Notes under the pieces: generated by a model
Databases searched by the model: none
Told to the model about the DNA's origin: nothing
What the model saw: only the letters and a program-made list of their open reading frames with translations
In this document: positions 37,674-46,699 of the stretch, piece by piece
Layout of the letters: each line of letters starts with the position of its first letter
Numbering within the stretch: position 1 is the first letter of the stretch
Sequence record: DRR378314_1192
DNA: 49,971 nt
Reading direction: 5' to 3' (one strand)
Made by a program: the position numbers and the translations under genes

Positions 37674-39728
37674 ATGACTTTGCTTGATCGACTGTCGACC
37701 GGCTGGAAGCCGTGGGTTGTCCTGTTCATCCTGGCCTTCGGGGCAGCCGCGCCGGGCGTGTTCAACCTGCCCGCGCTGGACAGGGATGAAAGCCGGTTTG
37801 CGCAGGCCTCCAAGGAGATGCTGGAAGAGAAGGACTACATCCGCATCCAGTATCAGGACGAGCTTCGCAACAAGAAGCCGGCTGGTATTCACTGGCTGCA
37901 GGCGGCATCGACGGCTGTCTTCACCGGCCCGGAGGCAAAACAGATCTGGACATATCGCGTGCCCAGTTGGCTCGGCGCAGCGTTCGGGACACTTGCCTGT
38001 TTCTGGACCGGGCTGGTGCTGGTCGGTCGCAGGGCAAGCTTTGTCGGTTCGGCCCTGTTTGGGGCGACCCTGCTGCTGACTTCGGAAGCACACATTTCGA
38101 AAACCGATGGCGTTCTGGTTTTTCTGACGACCCTCAGCATTGGCGCATTGGCGCGCCTCTACATGCGCCGAGACCAGTCCAAGAAGATGGCGCTACTGTT
38201 CTGGGCCTGCATGGGCACAAGCTTCCTGATCAAGGGGCCAGTTACGCCTATGGTAGCGGCCTATGCCGGCATGGGCGCCTGGGTCTGGGCCAAGGCGACA
38301 GATGGGAAGGGCGGCGACTGGTGGCGCGTTCTGACATGGTGGCCGGGGCCCGCGATCTTCGTGGCGATGGTGCTGCCCTGGTTCCTGTGGATTCAGGCGG
38401 CGACCGATGGGCAATACATCAAGGGCGCGGTTGGCAAGGATCTGAAAGACAAGTTCACTGGCGCGTCCGAAGGGCACGGCGGTTGGCCTTTTTATCATTT
38501 GACGCACATTCCGGCCTGGTTCTTCCCGGCCACCTTGTTCTTCGTTCCGGGGCTCGTGGCGGCGTGGAAACGGCTAAAGCCCAGCCGTCCGCGCGGGCAA
38601 GCCTGGTTGAAGCATGTTGTGCTTGTCAGCGGTGCGATCTTCGTCGGACTGCTGGCCTTGAATTATGTGTTGCCCTTCATGCCGCGCCCGCAAGGCGATG
38701 GGATGATCGCAAGCGCCTTGAACTCAGTCGCATCATTGAAACCGCTTCCGGCTTGGCCTGCGCTATTCATTGGCGTGTTCTGGTGGCTGTCGGGCCGTGA
38801 CACATGGATGGCGCGGTGGCCTGTGGGCGAGGAGGTGATTCCTGACGAGACGCGTGCCATGCGCTTGCTCGTCGCCTGGGCTCTGCTGACATACGCCTTT
38901 TTTGAGCTGATGCCGACGCTGCTCAGCCATTACATTCTGCCAGCTTACCCAGCGTTTGGGCTCATGGCGGGCTATGCCTCGACACGCATGATGGAAGGTG
39001 AGTTCCTGCCGGTCACGCGGTGGGTGTCCATTGCACTGTTCGCTCTCGGTGCCATCCTGTTGCTGGCGGTCTCCTTTCCCGGGGTCACGACCTATTTCAT
39101 GGCAGAGACGGCAGGCGACTTTTCGACGGCGCTGCCCAAGGATGTGTTGGAGACTTGGACGGACTATCGGGAATTCCCGCTCTGGTTCTGGTGGATCGGC
39201 TTTGCGCTGTGCGGCGTCGCGATTATCGAGTTCAGCCGCCGGCATGAGTGCAATGCGGCCATGTTTGCCATCTATGCCGCCGTGGCGATTGGCTGGCATG
39301 TTCGCATTTTCATGTTGCCGACCCAGATTTGGGTGCAGCCGACAGAGACCGCGCGTCTTGCCTTGGAGGATGTGTGCGGTGTGCCGGGTGAGGCATGTGC
39401 GTGGGAAGCGCCACAGCGTATTCTGGCGCTCGGCTATGCAGAACCGTCCTATGTGCTCACGCTGGGCACACAGAATCTGCATCCGCCAGAGACGCCGCTC
39501 GACCTGCCTGAGGATCTTTCAGCCTATCCGGTGGTCTATCTGGTCAATCTCGAAGACCGCAAGGCCGAGCCGCCCATTCAGGATGAACTCACGCATCTCC
39601 GGTCACAGGCAGAGCAGATGTCGCTTTGCGTGACCGAGACCGAATCCTATTACGCACTGAACTATTCCAACGGTGATCCAGTCAACTTCCGCGCCTTGAG
39701 GTTTGATGCGGGCGGCTGTCCGGACTGA
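37674..39728 (+). CDS. ArnT/GT-C family polyprenyl-phosphate-sugar transferase
   Basis: DRDESRFAQ, RNKKP.GIHWLQ, YRVPS, FLIKGP, HYILP; many TM helices. Confidence 0.88.
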   Translation: MTLLDRLSTGWKPWVVLFILAFGAAAPGVFNLPALDRDESRFAQASKEMLEEKDYIRIQYQDELRNKKPAGIHWLQAASTAVFTGPEAKQIWTYRVPSWLGAAFGTLACFWTGLVLVGRRASFVGSALFGATLLLTSEAHISKTDGVLVFLTTLSIGALARLYMRRDQSKKMALLFWACMGTSFLIKGPVTPMVAAYAGMGAWVWAKATDGKGGDWWRVLTWWPGPAIFVAMVLPWFLWIQAATDGQYIKGAVGKDLKDKFTGASEGHGGWPFYHLTHIPAWFFPATLFFVPGLVAAWKRLKPSRPRGQAWLKHVVLVSGAIFVGLLALNYVLPFMPRPQGDGMIASALNSVASLKPLPAWPALFIGVFWWLSGRDTWMARWPVGEEVIPDETRAMRLLVAWALLTYAFFELMPTLLSHYILPAYPAFGLMAGYASTRMMEGEFLPVTRWVSIALFALGAILLLAVSFPGVTTYFMAETAGDFSTALPKDVLETWTDYREFPLWFWWIGFALCGVAIIEFSRRHECNAAMFAIYAAVAIGWHVRIFMLPTQIWVQPTETARLALEDVCGVPGEACAWEAPQRILALGYAEPSYVLTLGTQNLHPPETPLDLPEDLSAYPVVYLVNLEDRKAEPPIQDELTHLRSQAEQMSLCVTETESYYALNYSNGDPVNFRALRFDAGGCPD

Positions 39729-39731
39729 TGG

Positions 39732-41969
39732 CTAAAATTTGTATCCGATCCGCAGGCCGTAGGTGCGCGGGTCAGACCGGAACGTGTCATAGCCGATGAA
39801 GCCATAACCGGACACGGCATAGTCTTCATCTGTCAGGTTCCGACCCCAGGCTGTGAGCGTGACGCCCGTGTCTCTGAGGGTGAAGCTTGCTTCGGCTTGC
39901 AAGGTTGTGAAGCCTTCCTGCATGCGACTCTCCAAACCTTCCGGATCAAGATAATAGTCACCGCGATATTTGGCGTGAATGGAAATGCGTCCGTCAATTG
40001 TGTCCGTGGCCGCAAATTCATACTGGCCACCGAACGTGGCTGACACGTCAGGTGCAAAGGGAAGGGGGTTGCCGTCAAACGTGTCTGCATTGCCGCCAAT
40101 GTCCGATTCCTGATCAATTTCGGTTTCGAGCAGGGTGAGTGCGCCTTGCAGGGCAAATTGCTCTGTAGCCTGCCAATTGAAATCAGCCTCCATCCCATAG
40201 GAAATCGCCTTGTCCAGATTGGAGAGGGAGTTGGAGGTGATGCTGGAGCCGTCCGGCAACACAAAGTTCACGAAGATGCGGGCCTGCGGGTCAGAATAGT
40301 CCTGTGCAAAGGCGGCGACCGCATAGGTCAGTCGGTCTGTCTTCCCCTTATATCCGATCTCATAGGCCGTCACGGTTTCCGCATCGAACAGGCCTTCATC
40401 CGCGAAATGGGTCACATTGTTCTGGACTTCGCCATTGAAGCCGCCCGACTTGTAGCTGTTGGAGACGGACGCATAGGCCGTTCCATGTTCCATCGCATAG
40501 GATAGGGCGGCGTGACCTGAGAGATATGTCTCTTCAATTTCATTCGACCCTGCAGCTAGGCCGAGCCCGCCCACATTGTTGTAGCCAATGGTGCCATCTT
40601 CAAAGATATGCCGCCCACTGCCTTGTCCCTCGATTTCCTCACGCGTAATGCGCGCGCCCAGCGTCGCGGTCAGGCTGTCGGAGAGGTCGAACTCATTGTG
40701 CGTGAATGCCGCAAGGGTGGAGCGATCTTGACGGATGTCTGTCACGAGCGTCATGGCAGCTGTATCAGACACGGGGGTTGGGCCAGCGCGGCTCGCTGCG
40801 CCAACATAGGGGCACGTTCCCAACAAAGTGTCGGCGTCGAGTTCGCCGCACCAGATTGTGTAGGTCTGGCTGAAGTTCTCAATTGATCCCGACACACCAA
40901 TCATGGTGCTGCCGCCATCCCAATCCGTGTGCAGTCGGATTTCTTGCGAATATTGGCGGAAGTCTCGGAGGTAGGCGAGGTTGGCGTTGAAGTTCGGATT
41001 TCCAAACAGTGCGACCGCGCCGTCGAAATCAAATCCGTATTCCTGATTGTAGCCCTCAAACGCCGTCAGGGATGTGAGTGCCCAGCGCCCAATATCGCGC
41101 GCGTATTCGGCTGAGATGCCGTAGAATTCGTTGTCCGTATCCTGAATGCCGTCGCTGCCAACCGCGATTTCATGATCGTCCAGATCAAGGGTGTCATTAC
41201 GCGGGGCGGCGTTGACGCCATTATCCTCTTCATAATGCGTGCGCAGCAAAAGTGATCCATCCGCGACGCTGTCCCAATTGAGGCCTAGCCGTACGCCGAA
41301 CTCGTCACGCTCACCACCTGCGGCCTCTGGCCCTGCAACATTGTCCAAAGCTGCATCACGGGACAGGTAGCGCCCGGCGAGCCGATAGCTGAACCCGGAA
41401 TCGAAAGAGTCGCCATATGCGCCATCCAGGTCCATGCGGTTCAGATTGCCATAGCCAAGACGGACATATCTGCGCTGGTCATTGCCCGGCCGGGCCGTGA
41501 TGAAATTGATCGCCCCACCGGAGGCGTTGCGTCCGTACAGCGTGCCTTGCGGGCCCTTCAGCACTTCAATTCGGTCCAGATCGTAAAGCATCAATCCGGT
41601 CTGCACGTTCGTCGCAAGATAAACGCCATCGGAATAAACAGCTGCCGCTGTTGGGGTGAGTGCCTGATGGTCGACCGCGCCAACGCCACGTATCTGAAAG
41701 GCCACTTGCGTGCCATTGGCCACGGCGGCTTCGACACCCGTCAGCAGGTCGGTCACGTCTTCCGCGCTGACATAGGCATCAGCCAGTGAAAGGTCGCCAC
41801 TATCGATTACACTGACAGACATGGGGATGTCTGAAAGCGGCGCTGCGCTCGGCGTGGCAGTCGTGACGATTGTGTCCAGCCTTTGCGCCGTGTCACCGGT
41901 TTGGGCGGCGGCGGGCAGGGCAAGCGAGGCAAGAATGAGCGGGGCGACGCAGCGCGAATTCTGTTTCAT
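39732..41969 (-). CDS. TonB-dependent receptor
   Basis: Signal peptide; TonB box DTIVTTA; RIEVLKGPQGTLYGRNASGGAINFIT; terminal PRTYGLRIGYKF. Confidence 0.95.
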   Translation of the reverse strand: MKQNSRCVAPLILASLALPAAAQTGDTAQRLDTIVTTATPSAAPLSDIPMSVSVIDSGDLSLADAYVSAEDVTDLLTGVEAAVANGTQVAFQIRGVGAVDHQALTPTAAAVYSDGVYLATNVQTGLMLYDLDRIEVLKGPQGTLYGRNASGGAINFITARPGNDQRRYVRLGYGNLNRMDLDGAYGDSFDSGFSYRLAGRYLSRDAALDNVAGPEAAGGERDEFGVRLGLNWDSVADGSLLLRTHYEEDNGVNAAPRNDTLDLDDHEIAVGSDGIQDTDNEFYGISAEYARDIGRWALTSLTAFEGYNQEYGFDFDGAVALFGNPNFNANLAYLRDFRQYSQEIRLHTDWDGGSTMIGVSGSIENFSQTYTIWCGELDADTLLGTCPYVGAASRAGPTPVSDTAAMTLVTDIRQDRSTLAAFTHNEFDLSDSLTATLGARITREEIEGQGSGRHIFEDGTIGYNNVGGLGLAAGSNEIEETYLSGHAALSYAMEHGTAYASVSNSYKSGGFNGEVQNNVTHFADEGLFDAETVTAYEIGYKGKTDRLTYAVAAFAQDYSDPQARIFVNFVLPDGSSITSNSLSNLDKAISYGMEADFNWQATEQFALQGALTLLETEIDQESDIGGNADTFDGNPLPFAPDVSATFGGQYEFAATDTIDGRISIHAKYRGDYYLDPEGLESRMQEGFTTLQAEASFTLRDTGVTLTAWGRNLTDEDYAVSGYGFIGYDTFRSDPRTYGLRIGYKF

Positions 41970-42077
41970 GCGCGGCAGTTACCAACCCGCTGGAATGCGA
42001 CGCAACTTCATTTAGCTGATAGCTGAGCTGCACGAGCGAAACCGACGTATTCTGGCAACACTGCTGCAGGTTCAGGT

Positions 42078-42650
42078 TTACCGGGGGGCCCGTTTTGCGA
42101 GGATACGCTGCAGTGTGCGCCGGTGCATGTTCAGGCGACGTGCCGTTTCCGAAACATTGTGATTACACAATTCGTACACGCGCTGAATATGCTCCCAACG
42201 GACACGGTCCGCAGACATCGGATTTTCCGGCGGGGCAGGTTTTTCGTCTGGCGAAGCCGTGAGCGCACGGATGATATCGTCAACATCGGCTGGCTTCGAC
42301 AGGTAATCGACGGCTCCGGCCTTCACAGCGGCGACTGCTGTCGCAATTGCGCCATATCCGGTGAGGATCACTGCGCGCGCGTCAGGACGGTGTTTTTGCA
42401 GGACTTCCACCACATCAAGACCGCTGCCATCTTCCAGGCGCAGATCCAGAACCGCGAAAGCGGGCGGGTTAAGACGGGCAATATCCTTGCCTTCAGAGAC
42501 CGAAGATACCGCAGAGACCACAAAACCGCGTTGAGCCAGGGCACGGGCCATACGCTGCACGAAGGGGCCATCATCATCCATGACGAGACAGGAGCGGTCC
42601 TCAACATCCTTGAGGCTCTCGTGCAGATTTACGTTAACTGGCCGATCCAT
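42078..42650 (-). CDS. regA: RegA/PrrA/ActR redox response regulator
   Basis: LTGYG.IATAVAAVK, PMSADRVRWEHIQRV, NVSETARRLNMHRRTLQRILAKR. Confidence 0.97.
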   Translation of the reverse strand: MDRPVNVNLHESLKDVEDRSCLVMDDDGPFVQRMARALAQRGFVVSAVSSVSEGKDIARLNPPAFAVLDLRLEDGSGLDVVEVLQKHRPDARAVILTGYGAIATAVAAVKAGAVDYLSKPADVDDIIRALTASPDEKPAPPENPMSADRVRWEHIQRVYELCNHNVSETARRLNMHRRTLQRILAKRAPR

Positions 42651-42677
42651 GATCTTATCCTTGGTGTAATATTGGCC

Positions 42678-42707
42678 ATATAGGTCTGAACCGTCACTTA
42701 ATCCAAG
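42678..42707 (-). promoter_or_regulatory. Internal promoter for regA (RpoH/RpoD-like)
   Basis: CTTGGA-N17-CCTATAT overlapping the regB stop. Confidence 0.5.
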
Positions 42708-44068
42708 TCAGGCGCCTGCAAAAGAGTCAGTGGCCACAGGGTCTGGACCACAGCGCCGCGTTTCGGCGGTGTCCGGTTTCGCGTCGCAATGCGGCCACCT
42801 GTGCGCTCAATCAGCGTCTTGGCGATGAAAAAGCCAAGCCCCATGTCGCCGCCGCCCAGATGCGCTTCGCCGCGTTGCGACACATAGGGTTCGCCCAGTT
42901 TCGGCAGCACTTCCGGAGCAAATCCGGGGCCGTCATCGCTGATTGTGATGATGATCTGGTCCGCCGTCCAAGTCGCGACGACATTCACGCGCGTATCGGC
43001 AAAGCTGACAGCATTCTCGATGAAGGCACCGAGCGCATGCAGCACTTCCGGGCTGCGCTTGAGGACCGGGGCGCGAGCATCACCGCCGTCTCCGGCCTCT
43101 GCCCGGACACGCACCTCAACACCCAGGCCCTTGAAGGGGGCGGCCGCCTCGGCAACCAGTGAATCGAGCGGGATCTGGGCGTGGACAATGTCTGTGGCTT
43201 CCCGCGCTTCGCGAATGGTGGCCAGAATGGCGCGGCAGCGGTCGGCCTGTTCGGCAATCAGGATAATGTCCTCTGCGCGTGGGTCGTCCGGCCCCAGGTC
43301 GCCCTGAAGTTCCTTTGCAACCAGATGAATTGTCGCCAGCGGAGTGCCGAGCTCGTGGGTTGTCATGGCAGACATCGCGCCCAAGGCTGACAGTCTCTGT
43401 TCTCGCGCCATCACCACGCCGGCCGCGTCCAGCGCCCGCACGAGCCGCGCTTCATCCTGACTGACCCGCGCCGCCGAAAGGGCAAAAAAGACAACGCCGA
43501 CGGCAAGCGCCGCGAACTGGCCAAGCTGGAACAGCGCCGGCAGGGCAACAGTGCTATCGGCAACGCCCCAGGGCAGGGGCAGGTGAATCATCGGCATGAG
43601 GGCGGCCAGCAGGAGCGCGAGCAGCGCAATCAGCGTCGCCCGGAACGGGCTGAGGCTCAGTGCGGCCACTGTCACCGGAGCCACCAACAGCAACAGGAAG
43701 GGATTGGACAGGCCGCCCGTCGCAGCAATCAAGGCCGCCAGTTGCACGGTATCGAAGGCCAATTGCAGTGTGGCCTCCCAGCCGCGTGTCAGGCGCTGGC
43801 TCTGGAAGGCGAAAGACAGAAAGACGTTGAGCCACGCCGAGGCGGCGATAATCGACAGGCAAAGCGCCAGCGGCATGTCGAAATTCAGGCCAAATGCAAC
43901 AAAGAGTACAGCGGCGGTCTGCCCGGCCACGGCGAGCCAGCGCAATGTGATGAACGTACGAAGGCGCGTTCGCCCGAGGGCCGACTGCGCCGATCCCAGC
44001 CCTTCCGGGGGCAGGGTGAAGATCGCATCGTCGAGATCTATGTGTCCGTCGCGGGTCAAATCATCCAT
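42698..44068 (-). CDS. regB: RegB/PrrB/ActS sensor histidine kinase
   Basis: LRWLAVAGQ, TGGLSNPF quinone-binding motif, HELGTPLATI H-box, RCR cysteine, DDGPGF, MGLG. Confidence 0.96.
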   Translation of the reverse strand: MDDLTRDGHIDLDDAIFTLPPEGLGSAQSALGRTRLRTFITLRWLAVAGQTAAVLFVAFGLNFDMPLALCLSIIAASAWLNVFLSFAFQSQRLTRGWEATLQLAFDTVQLAALIAATGGLSNPFLLLLVAPVTVAALSLSPFRATLIALLALLLAALMPMIHLPLPWGVADSTVALPALFQLGQFAALAVGVVFFALSAARVSQDEARLVRALDAAGVVMAREQRLSALGAMSAMTTHELGTPLATIHLVAKELQGDLGPDDPRAEDIILIAEQADRCRAILATIREAREATDIVHAQIPLDSLVAEAAAPFKGLGVEVRVRAEAGDGGDARAPVLKRSPEVLHALGAFIENAVSFADTRVNVVATWTADQIIITISDDGPGFAPEVLPKLGEPYVSQRGEAHLGGGDMGLGFFIAKTLIERTGGRIATRNRTPPKRGAVVQTLWPLTLLQAPDLD

Positions 44069-44079
44069 TTGTGCCTTAT

Positions 44080-44094
44080 GCGGCAGCGTGACGC
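44080..44094. promoter_or_regulatory. RegA/RegR box
   Basis: GCGGC-N5-GACGC between divergent regB and senC. Confidence 0.5.
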
Positions 44095-44130
44095 TTGCGC
44101 CAAGCGCCGCTTGCGGCCCATATCGCCCTC

Positions 44131-44772
44131 ATGATGATCAGATCGCTCCTTGCCCCATCCGCCTTGCTGGCCGCCGCCTTGCTGGCCGCGTGTTCCCCAT
44201 CGTCTGCGCCAGAGGCTGACGCTGCCCCGCGTGCCAAGTCCAGCGGCGTGCAGGCCAGTTGCACTGGCCGGGCCTATCCCGAGATTGGCGGGCCGATTTC
44301 CCTGATCAATGATGCGGGGGAACGCGTCACGGAAGAGACCTATAAGGGGCGTCCGACGCTGATCTATTTCGGTTTCACCTATTGCCCGGATGTCTGCCCG
44401 ATGACGCTGGTGAATGTGGAGCGCGCTTATTCGCAGTTGCCCGAAAATATTGAGCCGCCCCAGACCCTGTTGATCTCTGTAGATCCCGAGCGTGATACGC
44501 CAGAAGCGCTTGCCGCTTATGTGAAAGCGCCCCGTTTCCCGGAAAACCTGGTCGGGCTGACAGGCTCACCGGAAGACGTGCGCGCGGCAGCCGATGAGTT
44601 CCTGTCGGATTATTCCCGGATCGAACAATCGGGCAGCCAGTCTGAATACACGATGGACCACACATCTTTGCTGTACCTGATGGACGAGGACTGGCAGCTG
44701 AAAACCTTCTTCACCCATGAAGACACGGCAGAGACCATTTCGGCCTGCCTTGGCGAATTGCTGGCAGAATAG
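44131..44772 (+). CDS. senC: SCO1/SenC copper chaperone, lipoprotein
   Basis: Lipobox LAAC; FGFTYCPDVCP; ISVDPERDT; YTMDHT. Confidence 0.93.
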   Translation: MMIRSLLAPSALLAAALLAACSPSSAPEADAAPRAKSSGVQASCTGRAYPEIGGPISLINDAGERVTEETYKGRPTLIYFGFTYCPDVCPMTLVNVERAYSQLPENIEPPQTLLISVDPERDTPEALAAYVKAPRFPENLVGLTGSPEDVRAAADEFLSDYSRIEQSGSQSEYTMDHTSLLYLMDEDWQLKTFFTHEDTAETISACLGELLAE

Positions 44773-44776
44773 GTAA

Positions 44777-44799
44777 AGGCCCGCCGTGCTGGCGGGCCT
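44777..44799. terminator. Hairpin between convergent senC and the metal operon
   Basis: AGGCCCGCC-GTGCT-GGCGGGCCT. Confidence 0.6.
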
Positions 44800-44806
44800 G
44801 TCTGTT

Positions 44807-45193
44807 TCAGGCCAGCAAGCTCGCTGCGAAAAACGCAAAGAATGCGCCGATCACGAATGCGCCAACGCTGATCCACCAGACGATCCAGCTGATCCGGCGC
44901 GCCCGTGTGCAAGCGCGTGCCTGGGCCGGGTCGACTGGGCAGGGCAGCGAACGTGCATGCCATTGCCAGGCTCCGGCCACCGCGATCATCCCTGCTGCGA
45001 TAGAGAAGACCAGCTCCTTGTTCTTGCCGAGCCAGGTGATCTGCGGAACCGCTTCGATCAGGCCCGCCATGACGGCCCCGGCACCGATGCTGACCAGCAG
45101 TGCGGGCAGGGCGCAGCAGATCAGGGTTCCCGTCGAAGTGAACAGAGACAGGAAGGCCGGCAGCGTACTTGGCGCCTTTACTTCGCCGCTCAT
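44807..45193 (-). CDS. MerT/MerF-like metal transport membrane protein
   Basis: Three hydrophobic segments; TLICCALP vicinal cysteines in TM1; loop LPCP...RAC; ATGA overlap with the upstream gene. Confidence 0.7.
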   Translation of the reverse strand: MSGEVKAPSTLPAFLSLFTSTGTLICCALPALLVSIGAGAVMAGLIEAVPQITWLGKNKELVFSIAAGMIAVAGAWQWHARSLPCPVDPAQARACTRARRISWIVWWISVGAFVIGAFFAFFAASLLA

Positions 45194-45579
45194 GCGTCGT
45201 CGCCCCGGTCTATGCTGACGAGCGAATAGCCGGATTTGCGGATCAGCTTTCCGATTGTTTCATCATCCATGTTCGCGCCTGCCTTCAGGCCAAGGACGAT
45301 TTGTCCGTTGTCCAGGTCCACAGTCACGCTTTCCACGGCGTCCTGTTTCTTGAACACTTTGCGGACGGCCTGCGCACAAAAATCGCAGACAAGGCCATTC
45401 ACCTTGGCGGTGACGATTTGGGCCGAGTCGGCCACGTCTTTTGTGTCCACCAGATCGGGCGCTGCACCTTCATGTGCAGAATGATCCATTTTTGAATGGT
45501 CCATCATTTCGTCAGCCAATGCTGGCGTAGTCAGGACGGAAAGGGCGAGGATGCCAAAGGCGATCTTGTTCAGTTTCAT
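45190..45579 (-). CDS. Exported heavy-metal-associated (HMA) domain protein
   Basis: Signal peptide ending ALA; MMDHSKMDHSAH; VNGLVCDFC; SGY. Confidence 0.85.
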   Translation of the reverse strand: MKLNKIAFGILALSVLTTPALADEMMDHSKMDHSAHEGAAPDLVDTKDVADSAQIVTAKVNGLVCDFCAQAVRKVFKKQDAVESVTVDLDNGQIVLGLKAGANMDDETIGKLIRKSGYSLVSIDRGDDA

Positions 45580-45597
45580 GTCTGTGTTTCCTGTAAA

Positions 45598-46245
45598 TCA
45601 GAACCGGATGATCCAGTTCGCAAGCAGTTCCTCGGTCTCCAGAGTATAGCCGATTTCGACCATCTGGACGTCCTTGAAGAACCGGATGAGAGGGGTTGTG
45701 GTTGTGGGCTCGGCTGCTTCCGGGTGGTTGTCCACCTGCAGCATCAGCCAGGTATGGAGGTCTCCGAAGTCGCCGATATAGGGGGCAACGCCGAGCCGCG
45801 CACTGTGGCGCAGGCTCTGGTTTCCGGCATAGTCGGTCGCCCGTGCCTCATAGGAGGTAAACCAGCGCCGGGTTTCCCAGTCCGCAGCGAATGCCGCGAA
45901 ACCTGAAAGCTCTCCCGACGCATCGCCGAACGGGTCAGCTTCACCAACGCCCAGTTTCAGATAGGTGTTGGCCTGACTGCTGGGGCCATTCCATCGCTTC
46001 AGCAGGCGATTGTATTGCAGGCCGGTGAATTGCACGTCTTCGGCCCAGTTCCGTTCGGCATAAAAGCCGATGGAATCCGAGGCCGTTGGCGAATAATGCA
46101 GATGGAGCGACGACGCATCGCCATTGTTCATCTGCATTGCCGTCCAGCCTCCGGGATAGGAAACGGGACGTGCCTCGGCTATGGGGGCCAGGGCCGCCCA
46201 AGTCAGGCATGCCGCAACAGGTGCGGCGCGGGATAGGAAGGACAA
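45598..46245 (-). CDS. Hypothetical exported protein, probable small outer-membrane beta-barrel
   Basis: AAGGAG RBS with TTG start; signal peptide ending AEA; alternating aromatic strands; C-terminal ..NWIIRF. Confidence 0.7.
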   Translation of the reverse strand: MSFLSRAAPVAACLTWAALAPIAEARPVSYPGGWTAMQMNNGDASSLHLHYSPTASDSIGFYAERNWAEDVQFTGLQYNRLLKRWNGPSSQANTYLKLGVGEADPFGDASGELSGFAAFAADWETRRWFTSYEARATDYAGNQSLRHSARLGVAPYIGDFGDLHTWLMLQVDNHPEAAEPTTTTPLIRFFKDVQMVEIGYTLETEELLANWIIRF

Positions 46246-46250
46246 GGCCT

Positions 46251-46329
46251 TCTCCTTTGTTCCGGGTTGAATGGATGTTTCTCGGGAAACATCACACCCG
46301 GGGAGGGGGCGGCTCCGGTACAAAGGTGA
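46251..46329 (-). promoter_or_regulatory. Putative translational attenuator (anti-SD/SD helix)
   Basis: mRNA UCACCUUUGUACCGG (46329-46315) pairs 13 of 15 with CCGGAACAAAGGAGA (46265-46251); inner hairpin GAUGUUUC-CCGA-GAAACAUC. Confidence 0.65.
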
Positions 46330-46645
46330 TCGAGACAGGACTTGCGTCCAGCGGCGCATCGAACAGCGGTGGATAGGTCTGGCTTACCTTATCCCCTGCG
46401 GTAGCTGATGGAAGCGCCGCAACAATGGCAGGACAGCAACACGCTGCATTGTCCATCATGCCATCCATCGGTTCATCAGGCGCGTCGGCTGGGGCGTGCT
46501 CCATCATGCCCATGTCGCAATCAGCCGCCATCACATGAACCATCTGGCTCGCCTTTGCAGCGGGACAGCCCGCTTGCGCGGCGCTGGCTGTACCAGACGC
46601 GATCAGCAACAGGCTGAAGCAGAGAAGGGCGATCCTGTGGAACAT
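46292..46645 (-). CDS. CutF/CruR/CopL-like secreted metal-sensing leader protein
   Basis: Sec signal; Met/His/Cys-rich core with ACCCP; C-terminal PEPPPPRV; first gene of the metal operon. Confidence 0.7.
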   Translation of the reverse strand: MFHRIALLCFSLLLIASGTASAAQAGCPAAKASQMVHVMAADCDMGMMEHAPADAPDEPMDGMMDNAACCCPAIVAALPSATAGDKVSQTYPPLFDAPLDASPVSITFVPEPPPPRV

Positions 46646-46699
46646 CAACTCTCTCGTATCACGAAACCGGCCATGACCGTCAAATGACAAGGCAGTGAA

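Noticed and set aside
44807-45579. Mercury resistance (mer) operon
   Set aside because: No merA, merR or transposon context; Met/His-rich features fit Cu/Ag better.
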